A stretch of 64,000 bases of DNA from the human T2T-CHM13v2.0 reference genome, Homo sapiens, in NCBI RefSeq assembly GCF_009914755.1, contig NC_060925.1; one strand, written 5' to 3'. Positions 14,943 to 27,479 of this stretch are shown in pieces. The translations under genes and the position numbers were made by a program. How positions within the stretch are numbered: the first letter of the stretch is position 1; each line of letters begins with the position of its first letter. Below the pieces are notes generated by a model, which did not search any database, was not told the origin of the DNA, and saw nothing but the letters and a program-made list of their open reading frames with translations.

Positions 14943-15938
14943 TGAGTTTCTTAATCCTGAGTTCCAATTAGATTGCACTGGGGCCTGATAGACTGTTTAT
15001 TACAATTTCAGTTCTTTTGCATTTTCTGAGGAGTGTTTTACTTCCAATCATATGATTGATTTTAGAATAAGCATCATATGGTACTGAGAAGAATGTATAT
15101 TCTGTTGATTTGTGGTGGAGAGTTCTGTGTATGTCTATTAGGTCCACTCCAGAGCTGAGTTCTAGTCCTGAAAATCCTTGTTGATTTTCTGTCTCATTGA
15201 TCTGTCAAATGTTGACAGTGGGGTGTTAAAATCTCCCATTATTATTGTGTGAGAGTCTAAGTCTCTTTGTAGGTCTCTAAGAACTTGTTTTATGAATCTG
15301 GGTGCTCCTGTATTGGGTGCATATATATTTAGGATAGTTAGCTCTTCTTGTTTTCTTTACCATTATTTAATACCTTCTTTGCCTTTTTTGATCTTTGTTG
15401 GTTTAAAGTCTGTTTTGTCAGAGACTAGGATTGAAACGCCTGCTTTTTTTTTTTTGCTTTCCATTTTCTTGGTAAATTTTCCTCCATCCCTTTATTTTGA
15501 GCCTATGTGTGTCTTTGCTCATGAGATGGGTCTCCTGAATATAGCACACCAAAGGGTCTTGACCCTTTATCCAATTTGCCAGTCTGTGTCTTTTAATTGA
15601 AGCATTTAGCCCATTTACATTTAAGATTAGTATTGTTATTTGTGAATTTTTTCCTGTCATCATGATGCTATCTGGTTATTTTGCACACTAGTGGATGCAG
15701 TTTCTTCATGGTGTCATTGGTCTTTATATTTTGGTGTGCTTTTGCAGTGGCTGTACCAGGTTTTCCTTTCCATATTTAGTACTTCTTTCAGAGGCTCTTG
15801 CAGGGCAGGCCTGGTAGTAACAAAATCCCTCAGCATTTGCTTGTATGAAAAGGATTTTATTTCTCCTTTGCTTATGAAGCTTAGTTTGGCTGGATATGAA
15901 ATTCTGGGTTCACAATGCTTTTCTTTAAGAATGTTGAA

Positions 15939-16440
15939 AGGAGTATAAATCATGCTGCTATAAAGACACATTCACACATATGTTTATTGCAGCACTATTC
16001 ACAATAGCAAAGACTTGGAGCCAACCCAAATGTCCCTCAATGATGGACTGGATTAAGAAAATGTGGCACACATACACCACGGAATACTATGCAGCCATAG
16101 AAAAGGATGAGTTCATGTCCTTTGTAGGGACATGGATGAAGCTGGAAATGATCATTCTCAGCAAACTATCGCAAGGACAGAAAACCAAACACCACATGCT
16201 CTCACTCATAGGTAGGAATTGAACAATGAGAACACTTGGACACAGGGTGGGGAGCATCACACACCGGGGCCTGTCGTGGGGTGGGGGGAGGGGGGAGAGA
16301 TAGCACTAGGAGATATACCTAATGTAAATGACGAGTTAATGGGTGCAGCACACCAACATGGCACATGTATACATATGTAACAAAGCTGCAAGTTGTGCAC
16401 ATGTACCCTAGAACTTAAAATATAATAAAAAATGAAATAA
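15939..16440 (+). mobile_element. 5'-truncated younger L1PA (PA4/PA5-like) 3' end inserted in ORF1 of the host L1
   Basis: ORF2 C-terminus MFIAALFTIAKTWSQPKCPS...; G-rich 3'UTR; terminal GTACCCTAGAACTTAAAATATAATAAAAAA. Confidence 0.92.
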
Positions 16441-17422
16441 AATGGCAAATAAAGGATTTGCTCTTAAAGTTTCTGAAAAAAATACAAATAAATAAAGTTT
16501 ATAGCTCAAAGAAAAAATTCTGTTCTTTTGAAACTGCATTAAGAATGAAAGAGGAGACATTAAAATCTGACAAGACTTTATTTTCTTAATTGAACATTTC
16601 AAATCCAGGACCAACAAGTTACTGTGAGCTGTTGATTACTTACTTAACTGTGAATAAACTTTACAGTTAAATGTCACAAATGGACAAAGTGTAGGCAACT
16701 TGAAAACACAATCCAGTTCTCCTGGCCTTATCTTATATTTGGATCCTTTCACCTTCTCAAAGTCATTCATCAGGAGACTGGCAAAGAGCCCTGTCATCTC
16801 AAATTCCCAGTGTTTACTTATAAACACAGGAAGTTCAAATTTCTTAGAATTAAGCCTAATGCAGAACCTGCCTTCCGTGGAATGAATTCTGCAAGTTTGT
16901 AAAGAACCTACATGAAAAATACCTGAAAGAACATGTACACCAATGAATATCTTACTGAATCAGATCCCACTAAGAACCCAGAGTCATTCAGACATTATGT
17001 GTAAAATCTTTTTATCTGCCTGTGAAGAAAGCTCTGCTAAACAAATTAATACCATGCAGATAAGAATTCTAGAGAGATATTTAAGGGATTCAATAGTTCC
17101 AGAACTGACCAACTGTTTCAAGCCCTTTTCTGGGACCTGTGTTGTTAATTGGTGCAGTGTGATTTCAGGATAATTGTCCTCACATGCTAGGTGGCTATTG
17201 TCTGCAAGTAATCTGAATGCCTTTAAAAAACAAAACAATGCAAATATGTATTGTTCCATGCCTATACTCTAAGTGACCTGTATAGCACCATTTATCAAGT
17301 CTTAGCCAAAACCCCATAAATGGAAGACTGAGGGGTCTACGGGTAGGGCAGTTGCTGGAGAAGACCTTCTCCCCAGTTATATGAGCCTGAAAATAAAGCT
17401 CCTCTTTTTGCTGGAAAAAAAA
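16441..17422 (+). other. Probable L1 3'-transduced unique sequence with its own poly(A) signal and tail
   Basis: Non-L1 sequence after the L1 A-tail, ending AATAAA (17392-17397) and A10 (17415-17424); 12-bp TSD AAGAATGTTGAA at 15927-15938 and 17423-17434 encloses L1 plus this segment. Confidence 0.85.
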
Positions 17423-19557
17423 AAGAATGTTGAATATTGGCCCCCAATATCTTCTGGCTTGTGGAGTTTCTGTTGAGAGGTCCACTGTGAGTCTGATCAG
17501 CTTCCCTTTGTAGGTGACCTGACCTTTCTCTCTGGCTGCCCCTAATATTTTTTCCTTCATTTCAACCTTGGAGAATCTGACGATTATGTGTCTTGGGGTT
17601 GAGCTTCTCATGGAGTATCTTATTGGTGTTCTCTGTATTTCCTAAATGTGCATGTTGGCCTGCCTTGCTAGGTTGGGGAAGTTCTCCTGGTTAATGTCCT
17701 GAAGTGTGTTTTCCAGCTTGTTTCTGTTCTCCCTGTCTCCTTCAGGTACTCCAGTGAATTATAGATTTGTTTTTGTTTTTTTTTACAAAGTCCCATATTT
17801 CTTGGAGGCTTTGTTCATTCCTTTTCATTCTTTTTTCTCTAATCTTATCTGCATGCCTTATTTCAGCAAGGTGGTCTTCAAACTCTGATATCCTTTCTTT
17901 TGCTTGGTCGATTTGGCTATTGATAATTGTGTATGCTTCACAAAGTTCTCGTGCTGTGTTTTTCAGCTCCTTTAGGTCATTTATGTTCCTCTCTAAACTG
18001 ATTATTCTAGTTAGCAGCTCCTTTAACCTTTTATCAAGGTTCTTAGCTTCTTTGCATTGGGTTAGAACATGGTCCTTTAGCTCAGTGGTGTTTTTTATTA
18101 CCCATTTTCTGAAGCCTACTTCTGTCAATTCGTCCATCTCATCCTCTGTCCAGTTCTGCACCCTTGCTGGAGAGGTGTTGTGATCATTAGGAGGAGAAGG
18201 GGCACTCTGGCCTTTTGGGTTTTCAGCATTGTTGTTGTTGTTGTTGATTCTTTCTCATCTTCATGAGTTTGTCTAGTTTTGATCTTTGAGGCTGCTGAAC
18301 CGTGGATGTGGTTTTTGTGGGGACTATTTTATTGTTGTTGTTGCTTTCTGTTTGTTTGTTTTTCTTCATTGGTCAAGTCCCTCTTCTGTAGGGCTGCTAC
18401 AGTTTGCTAGGGGTTCACTTCAGGCCCTATTCATCTGGTTTGCTCCCTCGCCTGGAGATTTCACTCAAAGAGACTGGAGAACAGCAAAGATGCATGCCTG
18501 CTCCTTCTTCTGGGATCTCTGACCTCGAGGGGCACCAACCTGATGCCAGTAGGATTGCTCTTGTACAGGGTGTCTGACAACCCCAGTTGGAGGATCTCAC
18601 CCAGTTGGGTGGCACAGGGAACAGGACCAGTTTCATGAAGCACTTTGATTGTCCCTTGGTGGAGGGGGTGTGGTTTGCTGGGGGAAAAGCTACTTGCCTG
18701 GGCTGCCCAGGTTTCTCAGAACTACCAGGAGGAAAGGCTAAGTCCGCCTGTCCACAGATACTGTGGCCACCCCTCCCCCTGTGGGCTCAGGCTCAGGGAA
18801 ATCCAGGTTCTGTCCCTGAGACCCTAGCTGAAGTTGTTGGAGTTCCTGCTGGGAAGCCCCACCCAGTGAGGAATAATGGGTCAGGGTCAGTTCTGGAGAG
18901 GCACTCTGGCTGCAGTCTGTCACAGCTGGTGTGTTGGGCTGTGGGGGACACCTCTTGGGACCAAGCTGTCCAGCCTCCCTGGCTGCAGCAGGGGAAAAGC
19001 ACAGACTGGAGCTATAGAGATGGATGCCGCCCTTCCCCTACCCAGGGAGCTTAGCCTGTTAGGCAGTTGTGAGTCCCAGTGCTGGCTGCTGCCCTCACAC
19101 AAGGGGCTCAAAGGGCTTCCACAGCAGGCAGCAGCAGCTGTGGTGCTGGTTGCCCCTCACCCAGGAGCTAGGCAGACTTAAGCAGCTTTCATCTAAGAGG
19201 CTGTTGAGAATCTGTGCAGCTCTGGGGTTGAGATCCTAGGCACCAGTGGTGTGGGTTCATGAGTGGGATCTTCCAATCCATGAGTTGCACAGATCCATGG
19301 AAAAAGCATGGTTTCCTCAGCTGGGTAGCACACTCACTCACCACCTCCTTTGGCTGGAGGGGTGGGGGTTCCCCTGCCCCATGTGGCTCTCAGGTGGGCC
19401 GCAACACCACTCTGTTCTTCCTTCCTCTCTGTGGATCACTCCAGCCGCCTAGTCAGTTCTGATGAGAGAACCCAGATACCTTGGTTGCCAGTGAAGGATT
19501 CACATGCTAATTATGGTTCTTTTTGATGGGAGCCTCCGAATGCCACTGTTTCTAGTT

Positions 19558-19567
19558 GGCCATCTTG
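19558..19567 (-). promoter_or_regulatory. YY1 site of the L1 internal promoter
   Basis: CAAGATGGCC on the minus strand at the L1 5' terminus. Confidence 0.7.
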
Positions 19568-20946
19568 GCCCCACACCCTGTTTTCCTTTTTGATGTAGTT
19601 ATTTACAGCTATACATTTTTCTCTAAGCACTACCTTGCCTGCATTTTATTAATTTTAATTCATAGTGTTTTCATTTTCACTCAGCTCAAAATATTTTCTA
19701 ATTCCTCTTTTGATATCTTCTTTGACCCATTGGTTATTTAATAGTGTGTTATATAGTTTCCATATATTAGAGTTTTCTTAAATTTCTTTCTGTTAATATT
19801 CTCCAGTTTTACTACATTATAATGAGAGAACATACTTTGTATGATTTTAGTCCTTTTAATTATTGAAACTTGTTTATGGCCTAACATATGGTGGGGAATT
19901 TTTCATGTACACTTGAGAAGAATGTGTATTTCACCATCATGGGCGGAGTGTTCTAGAAATGTCCGTTAGATCTAGTACGTGTGTAGTGTTGCTCAAGTCT
20001 TCTATTTCCTGGTGGATTTTCTGCCTAGTTGTTCTGTCCATTATTGAAAGTATAGCATTAAATTTCCACTATTATTATTAAATTGTCTATTTTTTTGCAC
20101 TTGTTGCTCTCCATATTTTGCAGCTTTGTTTTTAGGTGCATATATGCTTATAACTGTTATAGCTTACTCATGAATTGGCACTTCTACTCCTCTTTATCTT
20201 TAGTAACTTTTTTTTGTTTTAAAGTCTAGTTGTGTTTCTTTTTTTTTTTTTTTTTCCTGATATTACTGTAGCCACTCCATCTTTCTTAGGGCTGCTGTTT
20301 GCAAAATGTATTGCTTTCTGTCCTTTTGCTTTGAATCTATTCGTATCTTTGAATCTTTAGGGCATCTCTTGTAGATAGCATATATGAATAATGTTTTCTA
20401 AATCCAGTCTAATATCTTCTGCCTTATGATTGTTTATTCTATTCACATCTAATATCATTAATGATATAGTTGGACTTATGCCTGCCATTTTACTTTTTGT
20501 TTTCCATATGTCTCATGTATTTTTGTTCCCCATCCCTCTTTACTTGTTTCTTTTGCATTAAGTGAATATTTTCTAGTCAAACATTTTAAGTTTTCTAATT
20601 ATTTATTCACTTGATAGTTTTGAGTTGGCTTTTTAGTGGTTGCTTTAGAATTTACAATATGTATGTTATCTGATTTTACTTCAGATTTATACTAACTTAA
20701 TTCCAGTGAGATATAGAAACAATATTTTTATGTAGCTCTATTCTCTCATCCCTCTTTTTGTGCCATTATTGTTGTACATATTGCATTTATAATGTTACAA
20801 ATCTAATAATACATTGTTATAGTTATTACTTTACATAATTACTGTATATGTTAAAAGCTGAAAAAGAGCAACTACATATTTAGTTCTTTTACTTTTTGCT
20901 TTCCATATGTCTCAAGTATTTTTGTTTTCCCATTCCTCTTTAGTTG

Positions 20947-21262
20947 TTTTTTTTTTTTTCCCCTTGAGACAAAGTCTCACTCTGTTGCCCAAGCTGTGCA
21001 ACAGAGTGAGTGCACACAGTGCAGTGGCACAACCTTGACTAACGGCAACCTCTGCCTCATGGGCTCAAGCAGTCCCCCCACTTCAGCCTCCTGAGTAGCT
21101 GGGACCACAGGCACGTGCCACCATGCCAGGCTAATTTTTGTATTTTTGTAGAGATTTGGTTTTAACATGTTGCCAGGCTGGTCTTGAACTCCTGGGCACA
21201 GTGATTCACCTACCTTAGCCTCCCCGACAGCTGGGATTACAGGCATGAGCCACCACATTCAG
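20947..21262 (-). mobile_element. Alu (AluJ-like)
   Basis: Poly-T, GAGAC..TCTCACTCTGTTGCCCA, GGGCTCAAGC, GCTGGGATTACAGGCATGAGCCACC. Confidence 0.9.
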
Positions 21263-21269
21263 TCTATAG

Positions 21270-21635
21270 ATTTTTTTAAATTATACTTTAAGTTCTGGGA
21301 TACATGTACAGAACGTGCAGGTTTGTTACATAGATATACACGTGCCATGGTAGTTTATTGCACCCATCAACCCGTCATCTACATTAGGTATTTCTCCTAA
21401 TGCTATCCCTCCCCTAGCCTCCCACACACTGACAGGCCCCAGTTTGTGATGTTCCCCTCCCTGTGTCTATGTGTTCTCATTGTTCACCTCCCACTTATGA
21501 GTGAGAATATGTGGTGTTTGGTTTTCTGTTCCTGTGTTAGTTTGCTGAGAATGATGGTTCCCAGCTTCATTCATGTCCCTGCAAAGGACATGAATTCATC
21601 CTTTTATATGGCTGCATAGTATTCCATGCTGTATG
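21270..21635 (-). mobile_element. L1PA (PA7/8-like) 3' end fragment
   Basis: TTATACTTTAAGTTCTGGGATACATGT...CCCACTTATGAGTGAGAA...GGCTGCATAGTATTCCATG. Confidence 0.9.
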
Positions 21636-24054
21636 TTTTCTATATCATTTCTGTTCTTCTTATTTTTTCCTATGGATTCAAGTTACCATATGGTATCATT
21701 TTTCTACTCCAATACAACTTTGCTCCCACCCACCCACTTGGTGTTGCTTTTATTAAATATATTATATTTCTACATGTTATAAGCTGAAAACAAAGTATAT
21801 ATATACTGTTATATACAATTTTTTTATATCAGCTGAGAGATGAAAAAGGAAATATGTATTTATATTATCTTTTGCAATTACATAATTATCTATACTGATG
21901 GTCTGGCTTTTGAGTAGATATGAATTTGCATATGGGTTTATTTGCTTTCAGTTTTCAAAAAATAGTAATTTTTAAAGTGGATTTGTTAGACATTAATTAT
22001 CCCAGTTTTATTTATCTAGGAATGTCTTTGGTTTGGCCTGAGTTTGGAAAGATAGTTTTTCTAGATATAAGATCCTTGGTTGAGAATATTTTTTATGAAG
22101 TTTGACTGCCATCTCACTGCATTCTGGCCATTGTTTCTTATAATGACTCAACTGTAAATTTTATTGTGGTCCACTATGTAAGTTGTTTTTCTCTTGATGC
22201 CTTTAACATTTTCTCTTTGTTTTGACTTTGAGCCTTTTTACTCATATTTCTAACTGTGGATCTCTTTGCATATATCCTACTTGGAGTTTGTTGAAATTCT
22301 TGGATATGTAAAATGTTTTTCAGCAAATCTGGGAAATGTTAGGAGTTTTTAAAAAATTTTTTTGCTCTTTGTTCCTATTTTTCTTCGAGTATTTCCATTA
22401 TGCATGTATTAATTCATTTAATGAGTCTCACATTTCTCTTAAGGTCGGTTAATTTTATTTTCCCTCTGTTATTTAGATTGCATAATCTCTTGATCTATTT
22501 TCAAGTTCACTAATTCTTTCTCTCGTCAATTCACATCTTCTGTTTAACCCTTTGATGAATTTTCTTATTTCATGTATTGTACTTTTAAACTCATAATTTC
22601 AACTTAGTTCTTGCTTTTTTAAAATTTTCTAGTTCCTAATTTATATTATTTTTTAATAAGACATTGCCTTCATACCCTTCTTTCTCTAAGCATAGTTCCA
22701 TTAGTCCTCTGAACATGTTAAGAGTGGTTATTTTGAAATCTTCTTCTGTTGAATTTGTCATATCATCCTTCTCATAGTTTCTGTAGCCAGCTTTTTCCTA
22801 TATGTTTCACAATTTTCTGTCTTTTTGCTTGTCTCATAATTTTTTGTTGAAAACTGTACAGTTTAAGTCATATATTGCAGCAATTCTGAATACTGATTTG
22901 CCTCTCTCCTCTCTGGGTTTGTGGTTGTTTACTAGTATTTGTTTTGTGACTTAGTTATCATCTTTCAGTGAGGTCTATTTCTCCCATGCTATGAAGCCTT
23001 TGGTGTCACTCCTTATAGGGCATATTATTGGGCTTGTATATGGCCATCTGTGATTACAGTAGTAGTAGCAGGGATGTCTTTTGATCTTTCTTTTCTTAAT
23101 TTCTCTGTTAAACTCTCTACCTCATTTGGCATCACAGCTAAAAGTTAGTCTCTGCTGTTTACTGGCTGGTCGCTTTATTATTTTCAATAGTGTCTGATAC
23201 ACAAATTTCTCAGCAGTATGATTCAACTACATTTATGCAGGGGTAATTTTTGACACCAATTTAAGGTTTGTCCTGATCCCAGGAGATCTCTTCTCAACTG
23301 ACTAATTTTCTTTTTATCTGTTGAACTATCTGGCGTATAATTTAACTTGTTGTTCTTAAAGAACATTTGAGAGCACCCTTAGGCTTGAACTTCCTCACAC
23401 TCTGTTTCAAATAAAGTCAGCTCTAGGGAAAGATTCAGAGCTATTTTTTAGTGATTGTTTTACCCCCTGATCAAAATTCTAAGCCACTGCTCTCGAAAGT
23501 TGGTGTAGCAAAATTTTTTGTCTTTCGTGGATTGCCTCGTCGGGATGGAACTTCTTCCCTATAAGAAAGTTGAGATGAATATACTCAGGAACACAGGATT
23601 CTCATCCTATTATGCCTAGGACAGAACCTCCATTCTACAGGTAGGCGATTGGTGTAGGAAGGGAGCCCCTAACTTCCAGAGAATACTTACGAGGAATTTA
23701 ACTTTTTCAACTCGGAAGTTAGAGGGCATAATAAATGCTGTTGGCCTGTTCCTTCCGATGAGGTATGCTAACCCATAATTGGGAGATAGAGAGAAGCCCA
23801 TCTTTTCAGCCACACCCTGTCAAGTGGAGCCTCCATCAGGCTGAGCAGGAAGGGTGAAAGGAGGAAGTGGATGTTTATTCCAATGCCACAGATCGTTGCT
23901 GCTCTTATCACATTTAGTGGATTGTCTTGAATAAACATTTCTTAATTTGCTCTATGCTCTTAGAACTATTTTAAGAGAATATAGTTATTTCTAGAACAGT
24001 TTTCTCCAGCTTTGCTGGTTTTACTGGAGAGTAGGTCTGTGGAATGCCTCACAT

Positions 24055-24514
24055 TTTTGCCTCACTTGCCACATTACACACCTGCTCCCACTTTGCCTTC
24101 CATCATGAGTAAAAGCTTCCTGAAGCCTTATCAGAAACTGAGCAGCTGCTGCTGCCAGGCTTGTACAGCCTGCAGAACCGTGAGCCAAATAATAAACTCT
24201 CTCTCTCTTTCCATATATATATATACACATATATATATTCTTTTCTGGATATATACATATGTGTGTGTGTGTATATATATACATATGTGTGTGTATATAT
24301 ATATACACATACACATATATATGTGTGTGTATATATACACACACATAAATATGTATATGCATATACACATGCATATGTATATGTGTATATGTATAGACAC
24401 ATGTACATGTATATGTATATATGTATATACACACATACATATATGTGTATATATACACACATGTATATATCCAGTTTAAGTATTATTTGTAGCAATGCAA
24501 AATGGACTAATACA
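24055..24514 (+). mobile_element. MST-type MaLR LTR 3' half with an expanded (TA/CA/TG)n tract at ~24213-24470
   Basis: TTTGCCTTCCATCATGAGTAAAAGCTTCCTGA...CAGCCTGCAGAACCGTGAGCCAAAT...AAATGGACTAATACA. Confidence 0.8.
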
Positions 24515-27096
24515 CTTCGCAAGAGAGAAGACTGATTAGTTTGTCCCTATCATGTGGGTAGTGTGGAGATTTTACATAATGACTTCACCAAACAGTTCTA
24601 GTTTATAATAAACTGCAACTACAATGATTTTCTGAAAATAATCATTGCATATAGACATAATATATATTCACTACTTGCCTACAGTCAATTCTTTTATGTA
24701 TATAATGAAGATAAAACATTGATACTTAAAGCGGGAGAATGAAGAAACAGTCATTTACAGTTTGGTCATCAATTTTACTCCATTATCTGTATCTCAACTT
24801 TTTGGTCCAAATCATAGTTTGTGCGTATTTAATTATTTTCATTGAATGGGAAAACACAGCTTTCATCAAAATCCACTTTTATGTCGAACTTCTCTTTGAA
24901 CCAGAAAGAATTTTCTTATGCTTGATACAAATTACTCTTGCTCAAATTTAAATGAATTTCCTTTGTTCTGTTTTTAGCAGTCAGATCAAGCACTATATTG
25001 CAGAATGAAAGTAACACAAAATATTACTATTATTTCTCAAATATGTCATAGTCACTTTAAATTCTTTTTTTTCCTCTCAGATTTTTAGCCATTTTTCTCA
25101 TCATGAGGTCACTGCAATTCTAATAAGAGATACAGAGAAACCCTCAAAATTATTCTTAAAAAGAGTCTTTAACAAAACTATATACTAATGGGTTGCTTGG
25201 ACTGTATTTTTAAGTTGTATATTGCATATAATAGAAAAATTATCTCCATACCTCACACAAGACAGGGAAATAACTATAGGGTTATATCCTTTGCATAATT
25301 GATTTCTAAATTTTAGAAATGTTATGATTATGTCACTAAGTAATTTGCAAATCAATGGCTCCTAAGGGTCTTGTATCCTTTGGAAAAAGCTATATTTAAC
25401 AGTTCGTTTATATTGTATTTTCCTAAATGCAAAATATCTACAGTGCTGCTAGAACACCTGGCTTTAGGGTCATCCAGTGAAACTAATTTGAAACATATCT
25501 TAGAAATGTTTACTTTTCCAACTACATTATGTGAAAAATAGTGTATCTATGCTTTTATGTAGATATATGACCACACTATTTTTACATGTGCATTAGTACT
25601 AGATGAGAAATGTCTGAATTGTCTATATGTCAAATCCCAAGTGATTTACAGGAAGAACACCTGATACTGTACCTAACACAAGGGTTCTCCTTAACCCTTG
25701 CCATGATGGCCATAGAATCTTTCTCCAATTCTATGCTAAAGCCTTTCTACTACACAGTTAGACCAACTTATCAATTACAGAAGTTTCATCTAGGCAGATA
25801 AAACTCTCAATGTATTCTAAAATTTCAACAGGGCCTTGAAAATTAGAATAATTCTTAAGTCTCAATAGTTCTAAGTCCCCAGAACTGAACATTATAGAAA
25901 TCTGTAAGTGAAGATTGCCAGTCACATAAGATCATGATTTATTCTTTCATGCATTCATAAATGCAATAAAAGATTTGCTGAAAGCTAACTACATGCTAGG
26001 TGACATAAGACAAATATCATTTAATATCTTCAAGACACTTAATATAGGTTTGTGTATATTTATAAACTAATAAGGGTAATAAGTATCATGATTGCTTTAA
26101 TAAAAATCTGATTAAGGTAATAGAGTATAAAGAGAATCCTAAACAATTCACGGGGTGGCAAATGAGAGGACACAAACAGAAAAAAAGCTACTGAACGTAG
26201 ACACATAAACATATATTGATCTTACCCATTTGGGTAAACACAGGATTATACTGCAGCTGGAGAGGAATTTAAGAGAGAGAACAGCAGGTAGGAGAAAGGT
26301 TTCATATGCTGTAGCATGCCTAATGGCAATGAGAGCAAGTAATAAACTTTGAGCTGGTTATTGAAAATATCAGTATTGAATTTAGGATAATTACATTAGC
26401 AATAGTATAAGTGATGAATTGGAATTGGAGACAGAGGGGATTGAAGGTAAGACTGTAATCAGAGAAACCAGTTTGGAGAGCAATTTAGAAATATTCAGAG
26501 ACAATTAACTGACCTCATTAAGAGTTTAAGAAAGCAAGAACAACTGGACTTAGTAGTCCCATGTTTGCGGGCGAGAGAATGAAGAGGAGGTATATTAAAA
26601 ATATGTAATTTAGAAAACTTGATAAGAAATAATATTAGTTGTTGAATAGCAGAAATAACCTTTTAGTTTTAGTCCCAGATTTCATTAATTCAGCTAAGGC
26701 CTTTTATTATCAAGCACTGTACTAGGTGTTGGAGATAAAAAGATGAATAAACAAGTCCAAACCCAGCCATTAAGGAATTGAACATGTAAACATAAAACAA
26801 ATATGAAAACAACTAAATGAAACACTGTACAAGCATTTTAGTGGAATAACCACATTGCACAATACAAACACATAGAGGAAAGGGGAAAGAGGAGGAAGTA
26901 AATGCAGACAGGTTTAAACTGAGGGAGGTAAGCAGACCCAAATGAGATGAAGAGGTATGAGTTATATTATAGAAATTCTTACATTATAATGTTAAAAAAA
27001 TTGGACTCTAACCTGTAATTATATATCCATGGGAGAGTTTTAAGCATGCCAGGATATGAATATTAGAAAGATTAATTAAAATATTATTTGAGTGGT

Positions 27097-27479
27097 GTGT
27101 TTGTTAGGCCATTTTTGTACTGTTATAAAGAAATACCTAAGGCTGAGTAATTTATAAGATAAGATGTTTAATTGGCTTACAGTTTTGTAGGCTTTACAGG
27201 AAGCATGGTGCTGGCATCTGCTTCTGGTGAGGGCCTCAGGAAACTTACTCATGGCAGAAGGTGATAAGAGAGAAAAGGGCAAGGTGCCATACTTTTTTAA
27301 ACAACCATGTCTCATGAGAACTCACTCACTATTGCTAGGACAGCACTAAGGGGATGGTGTTAAACGATTCATGAGAAATCTACCCCAGTGAATCCAATCA
27401 CTGCCCAACAGGCCCTAGCACCAACACTGGGGGTTACTTCTCAACATGAGATTTGAAGAAGACATCCAAAATATATCAG
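27097..27479 (-). mobile_element. MSTA/MSTB solo LTR
   Basis: TATAAAGAAATACCT..GCTGAGTAATTTATA...GGAAGCATGGTGCTGGCATCTGCTTCTGGTGAGGGCCTCAGG...CAACATGAGATTTG. Confidence 0.85.

Larger units (their letters stand above)
19580..24050 (-). mobile_element. Old L1M (L1MC/MD/M4-like) 5' portion, heavily decayed, with Alu and L1PA insertions
   Basis: T-rich antisense L1 ORF2-EN/ORF1 motifs (CTTGAGAAGAATGTGTATT, TTAGGTGCATATATG, CCAGTTTTATTTATCTAGGAATGTC). Confidence 0.7.

Noticed and set aside
16943-17259. ORFs inside the transduced segment (76 and 91 aa)
   Set aside because: No motif or family I recognise; lengths are compatible with chance
17767-19462. Many overlapping ORFs on both strands (possible ORF0-like product)
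   Set aside because: Antisense of L1 ORF1 or chance frames in the GC-richer 5'UTR; no recognisable ORF0
24012-24535. Five long Y/I/H/C/V-rich ORFs (also 31565-31876, 33117-33440, 53275-53555)
   Set aside because: Translations of dinucleotide microsatellites that lack stop codons
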